From Comamonadaceae bacterium (GTDB lineage Bacteria; Pseudomonadota; Gammaproteobacteria; Burkholderiales; Burkholderiaceae_C): a DNA stretch of 64,000 nt. The notes under the pieces were generated by a model. The model made no database searches and was not told the origin of the DNA. It saw only the letters and a program-made list of their open reading frames with translations. The translations under genes were made by a program, and so were the position numbers. Of this stretch, positions 50,363-59,416 are shown in pieces. Positions within the stretch are counted from its first letter, which is position 1, and each line of letters begins with the position of its first letter. The stretch is taken from NCBI GenBank assembly GCA_947475685.1, contig CANJNC010000011.1, positions 12,361 through 76,360 on the forward strand, written 5' to 3'.

Positions 50363-51562
50363 TTAGAGTTCAAATATTTTTTGTGGAAACGCGTGCAGTC
50401 TCTCTGACGCATCTCGCTCACCCACCAAGAAATCATCACAAGACCAACTGTAGGTTCTGTCTGTGGTGTAAGTAGGGTGAGCGGACATGACCATGTTTTT
50501 GGCAATTTTCATGGTCTCATCCATTCTGACCAAAGGTCTCTCTACCATGTCATAGCCTTGTCCATGGCTGTGGAGTCTTTTCTCCTCAGGGCGCCCATTT
50601 TCTCGCATGTATTGATTGTATGCATGCCAGATGTCTGCACAGTCGGCGCCGGGTTTGAGGAGTGAGGCGGTGAACTGTTGTGCTTTGAGGACAAACTCAT
50701 ACTCCTCTTTCATCTCGCTTGATGCTTGGCCTAACACACAAGTTCTGCCAAGCTCGGTGTAATAACCACCCGCCCCAGAGTTCTCAATCAAGAGGGTGAA
50801 TTGATCGCCCTCTTGGATCATGCGGTTTTGCTGATGTCGGTTGGCAAAAACGGGAGGCACGCCCATGGGGCTTGAGGCGCACAGGAAAAGCCCCTGTTCG
50901 CTGCCGTGCTCGTGACCCACGTGTTCTGCAATGGCAGCCACTTGAAGGTCTGTCATGCCAGGGCGTATTTGGTCAAAGACGGCTTGCATGGCGGTGTCTT
51001 GCATATGGGCTGCACGGCGTAAAAAGGAGATTTCTTCCTCGCTTTTGATGCATTTGATCTGATCCACCAGGTCAGACTCGTCACTGAAAATGGCGTTGGC
51101 CAAAGAGCCTTTTTGCAGGGTATCGATCAAAGCGTAAGAGATGGCTGAAACACCGAGCATGCCAATTCTTGCGTGTGCGTATTTTGCGAGTGCTTTTTCT
51201 GCAAGCTTGGCATCATAGGACGCTGTGAAGTGGGCCGATGCATAGCTGGGTGTGCCCATGAATGTAGATACACCACGGCGCAAGAGGTCATCTTCATGGG
51301 CAAATTCGCGCACCATGTTGAACGGGCCTTGGCCAATCACGGTCATGCGATCATCAACTGGAAAAATCACCGTCACACAGTAGCCGTTGGTGGCAGGCAC
51401 GTCGGTGAAGTATTTGACGTAGCCGCCCATGAAGTCGTTGTTGGCTTGCATCAGCAGCACATCGATGCGTCGCTCTCGCATGGCGGCCCTCACCGCATCC
51501 CACCTTCTTTGAAGTTCGGCGCTTGAAATGGGGGAGTTGATTTTTTCCAATAGATCGTTCAT
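50363..51562 (-). CDS. M24 (pita-bread fold) hydrolase with atypical metal site
   Basis: Creatinase_N-like N-terminus; IKSEEEI, GYYTELGRT, HSHGQG, SAHP. Confidence 0.85.
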   Translation of the reverse strand: MNDLLEKINSPISSAELQRRWDAVRAAMRERRIDVLLMQANNDFMGGYVKYFTDVPATNGYCVTVIFPVDDRMTVIGQGPFNMVREFAHEDDLLRRGVSTFMGTPSYASAHFTASYDAKLAEKALAKYAHARIGMLGVSAISYALIDTLQKGSLANAIFSDESDLVDQIKCIKSEEEISFLRRAAHMQDTAMQAVFDQIRPGMTDLQVAAIAEHVGHEHGSEQGLFLCASSPMGVPPVFANRHQQNRMIQEGDQFTLLIENSGAGGYYTELGRTCVLGQASSEMKEEYEFVLKAQQFTASLLKPGADCADIWHAYNQYMRENGRPEEKRLHSHGQGYDMVERPLVRMDETMKIAKNMVMSAHPTYTTDRTYSWSCDDFLVGERDASERLHAFPQKIFEL

Positions 51563-51601
51563 CTGAACCTGTCCTAAGAGTATGAAGGGGTGAGTTGGGT
51601 T

Positions 51602-52576
51602 TTAACTCGCACGGGGTTGGGCCACTTTCACCACATTGATCATGTGATCGAAGTCCCCTCGCTCAAAGCATTGAAGATTGGTTTGAATGACCGGAAGGGC
51701 TTCATACACATAGCCATCGTAAAAACCTCCTTGGTGAGGGGTCACGATCACATTGCGCATGCCCCAAAACACATGCTCGGCTGGCAAGGGCTCTTGCTCA
51801 AAGACGTCCAAGGCTGCTGCTCGGATGGTGTTGCTGTTCAAGGCTTTGATCAAATCGGCTTCATTGACGACGCCACCCCTTGCCAGGTTGATCAAGAAGC
51901 TGGAGCTTTTCATGACGGCGAAAGTGCTTTCATTGATGATGCCATGAGTCTGTGGGGTGTAGGGGGTGAGCAAGACCAAAAAATCTGCCTGAGCAATCGA
52001 GACCAAGGCGTTTTCGCGCGTGTGAACTTCATCAAATCCATGGATCTCGCGTGCGCTTGAGCTGATGCCAATGACGCGCATGCCAAGCGCCTTGCATTTG
52101 GGGGCCAATTCTGCAGCAATGACCCCTGTTCCATAGATCACGACTGTCTTGCCATGCAAGAGAGTGGGGGGGATTTTTTTCTCCCACTTGCCCAAACCTT
52201 GATTTTCATAAACCGTCCAAAGACCCCTGGAGAGGGCAAACATCATGGACAAAGCGGCCTCAGAAACAGGGGGCCCATGGATGCCATGCAAGTTGGTGAC
52301 CGTCACACCTTTGCCCAAAGATGCGCGGTTGGTGATGCCATCCACGCCGGTTCCCAGGGCTTGGATCCACTTGAGCTGCTTGGCTTTTTCAAGCACATGT
52401 TCAGCCATCATCGGACCAAAGGTGATCAAGACATCGGCGCTTTCAATGTAGGGGTCTACTTTGCTATGGTGGTCTACCAAGTTGACCTGTGTTTTCACAC
52501 TCAGGGCTTTGACGCCTTCTAGGTACTGTTGTCTGACCTGTTCGGGCAAGGTCAACAAGATGAGGATATTGATCAT
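51602..52576 (-). CDS. D-2-hydroxyacid dehydrogenase family protein
   Basis: GTGVIA, INLARGGVV, LDVFEQEP, VTPHQGG. Confidence 0.93.
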   Translation of the reverse strand: MINILILLTLPEQVRQQYLEGVKALSVKTQVNLVDHHSKVDPYIESADVLITFGPMMAEHVLEKAKQLKWIQALGTGVDGITNRASLGKGVTVTNLHGIHGPPVSEAALSMMFALSRGLWTVYENQGLGKWEKKIPPTLLHGKTVVIYGTGVIAAELAPKCKALGMRVIGISSSAREIHGFDEVHTRENALVSIAQADFLVLLTPYTPQTHGIINESTFAVMKSSSFLINLARGGVVNEADLIKALNSNTIRAAALDVFEQEPLPAEHVFWGMRNVIVTPHQGGFYDGYVYEALPVIQTNLQCFERGDFDHMINVVKVAQPRAS

Positions 52577-52855
52577 GAAGGGCTCAAGGCAAGTGAAGAC
52601 GAGAGGCTGAGGCTGAATGTTGGATTGTAGGGCCGCATGGTGCAGGCCGCTTGAGGATCAAGCAGGGGAATTTTAACGGCAACAAAGAAACGCAAACTCT
52701 CAAAGACACAAGTGTACACACTCCCTCCTCAAGGGGCACTGGTGGAAATACGGGTTTCACAAGAGGAGTGACACCAGACAATGAACAAAGAGACAGGATC
52801 ATTGCTTGACGTGAAAGGCACTGAAATTGAAAACCCATTGGCAAAGGCAAAGGAT

Positions 52856-53110
52856 TTAATTTTTAAAGTACTGCACCCATTTGATGATGTCTTTCATCTC
52901 CCCGCCCAAGGACTCCAAGGTGGTTTGGATTATGTTCAAAACAAACCAGCTCTGTGCCAAGACAGGGCCTACTTTGATGTCGGATGAAAACTCACCCGTT
53001 TGCCCAATGCGCAGAGCAGCGTCTTTGGAAATATCAGCAAAGCCTCTCACAATCAAGCCGCTCTCAGGCTCGACAGCGATCCCGCCTGATAAAAAGACAA
53101 AGTCATCGGC
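52856..53110 (-). pseudogene. RidA/YjgF-family remnant
   Basis: Frame reads *ADDFVFLSGGIAVEPESGLIVRG…GPVLAQSWFVLNIIQTTLESLGGEMKDIIKWVQYFKN*, with TGA at 53111-13 upstream and TAA where the C-terminal half should continue. Confidence 0.6.
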
Positions 53111-53128
53111 TCAAAATAAAGTCGTGTC

Positions 53129-54439
53129 TTAAAGCACAAGCGCATCACGAACAATCACTCTGGGCAGCGTTTGGGAGGGAAACCCGGTGGCATTGGCTTG
53201 GGTGAAGATGACCAAATTCGCCTGGGCACCGGGTTGCAGCGCATGGGCAGAGTCGCTTTCGTACTTGGACTGCAGCCAAGCGGTTTGGCAAATGCTTTGA
53301 GACCAATGATCAAAGGCCTGTCCGAGTTGCCCCATGGGCGTGCCAATGATCATGGCCTCCAAGGGGTCATAACTGCCCATCGCGCAAAAAGGATCTTGCA
53401 CATTGTCACTGCCCATGAGCACAGGAATGCCGCGAGCTCTGGCCTCTTTGATCAAGGTCATGCCCCGAAGACGAGGCGTTCGGTGGGGCGTGGCATCTTG
53501 CAGCCACAGGTTCGTCACAGGCAGCGTCACCAACGTGAGCCCAGATTGAGCGACTTGGTCCAAAATACCCAGCGCCTCTTTGTCGGACTTTTGCGCCAAC
53601 GCGCAGGTGTGTCCGCAGACCACGCGGCCAAGGAATCTCATCTCTGTCACCAAAGTTGCAATGCTTTGTAGGCCCTGCGCACTTGGTTGGAGTTCTTCAT
53701 CGACGTGCAAATCCACATCCAGCTCAAAGCGTTGAGCCGCTTCAAAGAGATGCTTCAAAGCCTGTGGATCCCAGTTTGAGGTGTGAATAAAACCGCCTAG
53801 ACAGGCACGGTGTGAGGGCGCATTGGACTGAGAGACCACTTTGGCCAATTCAAGTGCGGTGTTCAAATCTTTAAAAAGGGTGAGCGGAATGAGCGCAGAC
53901 CTGGACACTTGGATACGGCTGTGCCACTCTGTGGCCAAGTCTTTGAGGACCTCCCAAGCCAAGGGCGTGGTCGTGGGTTCCCACCAGTCACAATGGGTTC
54001 TGAGGTGGCACACGCCTGCAGCATGCGCCCATTGAAGTGCCTGGGTTGCGCGTGAGCGAATGTCTGAGGGACTCCACTGAGCTCGGTCAAGCATCATCGC
54101 TTGAATGGCATTCAAGAGGCCAGGCTTGACCTCTCCGATGCGCTGCAAGGTGAGGGTTTTGTCAATGTGGGTGTGCGCATCCATGAGGCCAGGTAAAACC
54201 AAGGCGCCTTTCAAGTCCAAGACCGTGTCATGGGTTTGCATCAAAGAGGGCGCTAAAGCGGGTGCGCTTGCAGACCTTGGGGATGAATTTTCAAACAAGG
54301 CGCTAGGCGTGATGCGATCGATCTTAGCGCCCTTGAATTCAATGTCTGCCAAAGCAATGTGAGAGCCTTGGCGAGGCCAGTCTTTGGGCAAGGCCCAAAG
54401 GGGGAGACGGGAATGGGTGACTTTTTGGAGTGTGTGCAT
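53129..54439 (-). CDS. Metal-dependent amidohydrolase, cytosine/pterin deaminase-like
   Basis: HTHIDK, DLHVDE, CGHT, GSDNVQDP correspond to the CodA metal and catalytic residues. Confidence 0.9.
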   Translation of the reverse strand: MHTLQKVTHSRLPLWALPKDWPRQGSHIALADIEFKGAKIDRITPSALFENSSPRSASAPALAPSLMQTHDTVLDLKGALVLPGLMDAHTHIDKTLTLQRIGEVKPGLLNAIQAMMLDRAQWSPSDIRSRATQALQWAHAAGVCHLRTHCDWWEPTTTPLAWEVLKDLATEWHSRIQVSRSALIPLTLFKDLNTALELAKVVSQSNAPSHRACLGGFIHTSNWDPQALKHLFEAAQRFELDVDLHVDEELQPSAQGLQSIATLVTEMRFLGRVVCGHTCALAQKSDKEALGILDQVAQSGLTLVTLPVTNLWLQDATPHRTPRLRGMTLIKEARARGIPVLMGSDNVQDPFCAMGSYDPLEAMIIGTPMGQLGQAFDHWSQSICQTAWLQSKYESDSAHALQPGAQANLVIFTQANATGFPSQTLPRVIVRDALVL

Positions 54440-54466
54440 GGTTTTTAAACAATCTTGTGCTGGCGT

Positions 54467-54658
54467 TTAAGCACTGAGGTTGCGCATTTTGAGTGCCACT
54501 TTGTCTTTGAATTTTTTCAAGGACTCAGGCGTCGCAATGTTCATGTGATAGCGCGCCAAATAGGTAAATTTCGCTTGTCCCTCACTTAAGAGGTTGAGGT
54601 CATCGGGGATCATTTTTCTGGGCGGATCCCCATGCACAGCGCCATTCACCAATGCCAC
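54467..54658 (-). pseudogene. C-terminal remnant resembling a flavodoxin-fold NAD(P)H oxidoreductase
   Basis: GDPPRKMI…TYLARYHMNIATPESLKKF recalls Flavodoxin_2 C-termini; no N-terminal part or SD. Recognition from memory only. Confidence 0.45.
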
Positions 54659-54685
54659 TGGGGAGTCCCTTTTTTGGTGCGTAAT

Positions 54686-55198
54686 CTATTTTGGTGCTGA
54701 CCAGAACCCAATATGAGGCGCTGTGGACTCTTCAACCAAAGCTGGGCCAATGCATTCAATGTCATGGGGGGAGGCTTTAAAGATATCGCGGCATGAGAGT
54801 TCAACATCTTTGGACGTTGCAACTTGGCCCCTGAAGACGCGCAGTCTCACGGCATCAATTCCAAAGACAACACGGCTCACACCCGACAAAAAGATCGATC
54901 CTGAGCACATGACGCAAGGCTCGCCGGATGAATAAATCGTCGCATGTTCAAGGGTGTTGCGGTCATATTTGGCACCTAAGTTTCTGACCGCAGTGGTTTC
55001 TGCATGACCAGTGATGTCACCGGTTTCTGCCGTGTTGTTATAGCCTTCGCTCAACAGTTGGCCTTCTTTGGATATGATGACCGCGCCAAAAGGGCGGTTG
55101 TGACCCGATCGCGCACGCTTGGACAATTCGATGGCTTGGCGCAAGTATTTGGCGTCGGTGTCGTTGAGTTGGACTTCATCAAGGGGGGCGTTGCTCAT
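54686..55198 (-). CDS. Zn-dependent nucleoside/nucleobase deaminase (GuaD/TadA fold)
   Basis: HAE and EPCVMC motifs; PFGAVI; ATG 55198 (MSNAPLDE) preferred over 55276. Confidence 0.92.
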   Translation of the reverse strand: MSNAPLDEVQLNDTDAKYLRQAIELSKRARSGHNRPFGAVIISKEGQLLSEGYNNTAETGDITGHAETTAVRNLGAKYDRNTLEHATIYSSGEPCVMCSGSIFLSGVSRVVFGIDAVRLRVFRGQVATSKDVELSCRDIFKASPHDIECIGPALVEESTAPHIGFWSAPK

Positions 55199-55286
55199 GG
55201 TGTTTTTTTGGATTGAATGAATGGTTAAAGAAAATGCCGCAAAAATCCAAGACAAGGGTGCTTGGACAGCCTGCAAGCGTTTGAGC

Positions 55287-56309
55287 TCAGGGCTTGAAGA
55301 CTTCGAGCTCTCCTGCCGCGGTCAATAGCCCCATGAGTCTTTTGCGAATCAATAGCCCCGGGCGGTCACTGGGCATAGAGAATTCAATGCCCAAGCGTTT
55401 TGAGTCGATCACTGCATCAGGGTTGGTCGACTCTAAGATGTCTTTGTCCTCACGGGTGATCACTTCATCAAAGTCGATGAGCATTTGAGCCGGGCAGTCT
55501 TCTTCTTTGTCATTTCTAAAGAGCCATTGGCACAGTTGAATGTGGCCGTCGTCGATGGGCGTGAACGCGTTGAAAATAATATGGCGAACGCCTGATGGGT
55601 ACTCGATGTCAAGGCGTCTGCAAAAGGGTTCAAAGTACGCATTTCTCATGTGACGAGTGGTCAGCGGGTTGGCGTCTCCGCTGATGCGTTGAAACTTTTG
55701 AGGATTGGTGGCTGGAACGACGGTTTCGGCATAAAACCCGTTTTCTGTATCGATCAACTCATAGCTGCTGGGTGTGGGCTGAGAGGCGATGCCAAAGGTT
55801 GCGCGGTGCACAAAGCTAAAGTGAGCGTTGTCAAACGAGTTCTCTAGCGCCCTCATCGGAGAGGTGGCCCAAGTCTCGTAGAACTGGAAAATGGTTCTGA
55901 ACTTGGGATCTTCAAACTCGGGGATCTCGGGGATGGGCGCCAAGGGCTCGGCCAAGCAGACCCAGGCATACCCATATTTGGCTTGTGCGTGGTAGGCCTT
56001 GGTACTCAATTGTTCGGGTATGGGTTTACCTTGCTCCCATTGGGGAATATCAACCACTTTGCCTTGCCTGTCATAGGTCCAACCATGGTAGCCGCATTGG
56101 ATACGCCCCTCCTTGCTCCAACCTTTGGACAATTTGGCTGTTCGGTGACAGCACCTGTCTTTCAAGGCCGCGGGCGCTCCTGTCTCGTCCAAAAACAGCA
56201 CCAAATCTTGTCCAAGCAACTTAAAGGGTTTGGGGCCGTCCTTGATCAGACTCAGGGGCATGACGGCATGCCAATAACGATGAAAGATGGGCTGATGGGT
56301 GGTGAGCAT
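55287..56309 (-). CDS. Rieske non-heme iron oxygenase alpha subunit, VanA/Ndm demethylase type
   Basis: CCH…CGYHG Rieske ligands; ENSFDNAHFSFVH and EDKDILES mononuclear Fe site. Confidence 0.93.
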   Translation of the reverse strand: MLTTHQPIFHRYWHAVMPLSLIKDGPKPFKLLGQDLVLFLDETGAPAALKDRCCHRTAKLSKGWSKEGRIQCGYHGWTYDRQGKVVDIPQWEQGKPIPEQLSTKAYHAQAKYGYAWVCLAEPLAPIPEIPEFEDPKFRTIFQFYETWATSPMRALENSFDNAHFSFVHRATFGIASQPTPSSYELIDTENGFYAETVVPATNPQKFQRISGDANPLTTRHMRNAYFEPFCRRLDIEYPSGVRHIIFNAFTPIDDGHIQLCQWLFRNDKEEDCPAQMLIDFDEVITREDKDILESTNPDAVIDSKRLGIEFSMPSDRPGLLIRKRLMGLLTAAGELEVFKP

Positions 56310-56332
56310 TTGAAAGTCCTTCTTTCCTACTT

Positions 56333-56348
56333 AGCAATTAGCATTCCA
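56333..56348 (-). promoter_or_regulatory. sigma54 (-24/-12) promoter for the Rieske operon
   Basis: TGGAATGCTAATTGCT = GG-N10-GC with TTGC; AGGA SD and ATG 56309 downstream. Confidence 0.7.
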
Positions 56349-56466
56349 AACCCCAATGGGTTTGCTGGTGAAACAGATCTGGCCATGACGTCCTTATGTC
56401 TGTTGGTGAGAGGCGCGTGAGAAAAGGGATGGTTTGAACGTCCGGCTTGGTTGGGCGGTGTTTTTT

Positions 56467-56484
56467 CTGTCACGAATTCATCAC
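56467..56484 (+). promoter_or_regulatory. PhoB-box-like site for the phoA3 operon
   Basis: CTGTCAC-gaat-TCATCAC, then a 10-bp spacer and TATCAT (56495-56500). Confidence 0.75.
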
Positions 56485-56622
56485 AATCATTGATTATCAT
56501 AGCCTCACTTTGAACCCTGAGTGGTATCTACTTGAGGATCACCCTCAAGCGATCAAGCGATCAAACTTTCAAGGGTTCGATTGACTTTTTCATTGGACTT
56601 TAGCGACTCTACACATTTTTTC

Positions 56623-57192
56623 ATGTTCACTCCAATTGTTTATCAAAGAGTTCTTGCCATGGTGGCGCTTGGAGTGTCTTGGGTGTGCGTTGCCTTTGCA
56701 CAAGCTCAAGACCCAGGGCCCTTCAAGCCCCCGGTGGCTGCGGTCAAGGTGGCTTTTGGCGAATTCTTTCAAATGCCTTTTGGTCCCAAGGGCCTCACCT
56801 TCACGCCCAAAGCCAAAGCTTTGGCCGGACAGTGGGTGAGCATCAAAGGGTACATGGTCAAAATGGAGCAGCCCCTTACAGGGCAGTTCATCTTGTCGCC
56901 TCGCCCAGTGGAGATCAATGACCATGCCGATGGGGATGCCAACGACTTGCCTGCCAATGCCGTTTTGGTTTTGTTGGACCCCACTCAGTCCGAGGCTTGG
57001 GTGACTCATCGCTCAGGACTCATTGAACTTCAAGGCCAATTGGAATTGGGCCGACAAGAAACCTCTCAAGCGCAAGTGTCTTGGATACGCATCAAATTGG
57101 ATCCCAAGGGCATTGTCTTGCAAGCGCATCCAACACCGCTGGCGCCCTTGAATCCAATGGGCCACACGACACCGATTGATTTGAAGCATTGA
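56623..57192 (+). CDS. Exported hypothetical protein (possibly DUF3299/OB-fold-like) upstream of phoA3
   Basis: Signal peptide ending AFAQA; LAGQWVSIKGYMV, FILSPRP, EINDHADGDANDLP. TTG 56581 is an alternative start. Confidence 0.8.
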   Translation: MFTPIVYQRVLAMVALGVSWVCVAFAQAQDPGPFKPPVAAVKVAFGEFFQMPFGPKGLTFTPKAKALAGQWVSIKGYMVKMEQPLTGQFILSPRPVEINDHADGDANDLPANAVLVLLDPTQSEAWVTHRSGLIELQGQLELGRQETSQAQVSWIRIKLDPKGIVLQAHPTPLAPLNPMGHTTPIDLKH

Positions 57193-57258
57193 TGGGTCAC
57201 TCCATCGAAGTCGATGTTTATCTTTTTATTTTTTTACGTTAACAGGATCCAAACTTGT

Positions 57259-59274
57259 ATGAAACCTCTTAATCAAATCAGTTGTTCAGTCATGGGTTTA
57301 TGGATGAGCCAGATGGTTTTGGCAGCACCCAGTGTGACGCGTTTAACGCCTCCGAGTGAAATGTTTTCAAGTGGGCGAGATGCACCGATCATCGCGCGTT
57401 TCTTGCCAGATCAACGCTTTGACTTGCAAGCGAGCATCCGACCCGATGACGACAGCAAAACCATCACCAAAGTGGAATTCGCCATCAACGGCAAGGTGCT
57501 CCTTGAGCCCCAGAGTTTGAGAGATTGTGCGCAGGGTTGTTTGCCCAATGTGGCCAAGAACACGGCCATTGCCAGTGTTCGGGCCTTGGGTGTGAAAAAG
57601 CCCGGTGTACATGTCTTTACCGTGAGCGCGACCCAAAGCGATGGCCAGACTGTACAAGCCAAGGGCAATTTTGAAGTGGTGGGTTTGACAAAGGGTGGAC
57701 AAAAGATCAAAAACATCATCATCATGCTAGGCGACGGCATGGGCGCGGCACAAAGAACGGCTGCTCGCATTGTGGGTGGGGGTTACGCTCAAGGCAAAGT
57801 GATCGAGCCTTTGGCCATGGATACCTTTCCGGTGACGGGGATGGTCAAGACCGCATCTTTGAACTCCATTGTGACGGATTCTGCACCGGGCATGTCGGCT
57901 TATGTGTCTGGCAACAAGAACAACAACAATGAAGAAGGCGTGTTTCCCGATGACACCGTGGATCCGTTTGACAATCCTCGCATTGAGTATTTGAGCGAGT
58001 ATTTGCATCGCACACAAGGCAAAGCACTTGGCGTGGTGACCACTTCTGATGTCTTTGATGCAACCCCAGCGGGCAATGCAGTGCACACCAGCAATCGGGG
58101 TGCAGGCACAGGGATCGTTGATCAATTCTTGGATGATCGTCACTTGTCGGGTCTGTCGGTGCTGATGGGTGGCGGGCGCAAGTGGTTTTTGCCCTCCACT
58201 GAAGCGGGCTCAGCCAGAAGTGACAAGAACGACTATGCATTTTCCAGCACCCAAGCCCATACCTCCTTGATCGTGTCTCAATGGGGTGCCAAGCCAGGCG
58301 GCTTGGACAAGGATAGAAATTTGATTGCGGACTTTCAAGCGGCTGGTTTTGCTTATGCATCGAACAAGTCTTCCTTGGACCAAATTGATGTCAATAAGAC
58401 CGATCAAGTCTTGGGGCTCTTTGCTTATTCAAACATGAACGTGGCTTTAGACAAGGTCGATGGCAGAAGAGCTGCGCTCAAAGGCCAAAAGGGCCGTGTG
58501 GTGGATGACTTTGGGCTGCCCGATCAACCCATGCTCGATGAGATGACAAAAAAGGCCATTGGTGTTTTGAACAGAAAGAAAAATGGCTTTGTCTTGATGG
58601 TGGAGGGCGCGTCCATTGACAAGCAAGCGCACAACATGGACACCGAGAGGTGGATCTTAGACACCTTGGAGTTTGACAAAGCCGTTCAAGTGGCCAAGGC
58701 TTATGCACAAAGTAGACGAGACACCTTGGTGATTGTGACCGCGGACCACGAGTGCTCGGGCGTAGCGTTGATTGGGGGCTCGATGGTGAGCGATGCTCGG
58801 TTGCAAGAGCTCACTCGCGCTGGAGGTGTTGAGAATTTGCGAAATCAAGTGGTGGGCCTTTACGAAAAAGCGGGTTTTCCAAAGTACGTGATCTCTGCAG
58901 ATGGTTACCCCCAAAGCACTGACATTGACAAGCGTTTGTTGGTTGGATATGGCGCCAACAGCGACCGCTTTGAGGACTGGAGAACCAATGAGCTGCCCTT
59001 GCAAGATGGGCAGCAGCCCTTTGTGTCCAAAGCCCCATTGAGTGCCCATCCTGCAGATCCCAGATTTAGAGATGTCGAGGGCCGCTTTGAGATCACCGGA
59101 CAAGTGCCAGGCAACAGTGGCGTGCACACAGCCACCGACATTCCCATCTCTGCATTTGGCCCAGGTGCTTGGGCTTTCACGGGGGTGATTGACAACACGG
59201 ATGTGTTCTTCAAGCTGGCACAGTCGGCAGTCGCTGGCGTGGTCACGCCTGACTTTGGCAATTGGCGAAAATAG
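57259..59274 (+). CDS. phoA: Alkaline phosphatase, PhoA family, with ~150-aa N-terminal extra domain
   Basis: GDGMG, TDSAPG, DATPA, EGASIDKQAH, TADHEC, VHTATD; ATG 57259 with AGGA SD (ORF-track start 57214). Confidence 0.93.
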   Translation: MKPLNQISCSVMGLWMSQMVLAAPSVTRLTPPSEMFSSGRDAPIIARFLPDQRFDLQASIRPDDDSKTITKVEFAINGKVLLEPQSLRDCAQGCLPNVAKNTAIASVRALGVKKPGVHVFTVSATQSDGQTVQAKGNFEVVGLTKGGQKIKNIIIMLGDGMGAAQRTAARIVGGGYAQGKVIEPLAMDTFPVTGMVKTASLNSIVTDSAPGMSAYVSGNKNNNNEEGVFPDDTVDPFDNPRIEYLSEYLHRTQGKALGVVTTSDVFDATPAGNAVHTSNRGAGTGIVDQFLDDRHLSGLSVLMGGGRKWFLPSTEAGSARSDKNDYAFSSTQAHTSLIVSQWGAKPGGLDKDRNLIADFQAAGFAYASNKSSLDQIDVNKTDQVLGLFAYSNMNVALDKVDGRRAALKGQKGRVVDDFGLPDQPMLDEMTKKAIGVLNRKKNGFVLMVEGASIDKQAHNMDTERWILDTLEFDKAVQVAKAYAQSRRDTLVIVTADHECSGVALIGGSMVSDARLQELTRAGGVENLRNQVVGLYEKAGFPKYVISADGYPQSTDIDKRLLVGYGANSDRFEDWRTNELPLQDGQQPFVSKAPLSAHPADPRFRDVEGRFEITGQVPGNSGVHTATDIPISAFGPGAWAFTGVIDNTDVFFKLAQSAVAGVVTPDFGNWRK

Positions 59275-59322
59275 AATCGCAATAGACTCGTGTAATAGTC
59301 TTTAAGGGCCGACTCAGAAAAG

Positions 59323-59365
59323 AAAACAACGCCAAGGGCTTATGCGGCCCACTGGCGTTGTGTTT
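59323..59365. terminator. Probable bidirectional terminator between phoA3 and IorB locus 2
   Basis: CAACGCCA/TGGCGTTG plus GGGC/GCCC stem between convergent genes. Confidence 0.6.
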
Positions 59366-59416
59366 ATTCTTGGACCCAAGCGCACAGGGGTCCTTTGCGC
59401 TTGAGTGTTCTCTTTC

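Noticed and set aside
52640-52987. Plus-strand ORF 52781-52987 and an upstream LPPQGALVEI stretch that looks like a RidA C-terminus
   Set aside because: It is on the opposite strand to the RidA remnant and interrupted by a stop; no supportable assignment.
54467-55198. Programmed stop read-through fusing the deaminase to the downstream stub
   Set aside because: In-frame placement has a 1-in-3 chance and the stub lacks its N-terminal half; a deletion remnant is simpler.
56546-56565. Short tandem repeat TCAAGCGA x2.5 in the phoA3-operon leader
   Set aside because: Too short to imply phase variation and has no evident link to a reading frame.
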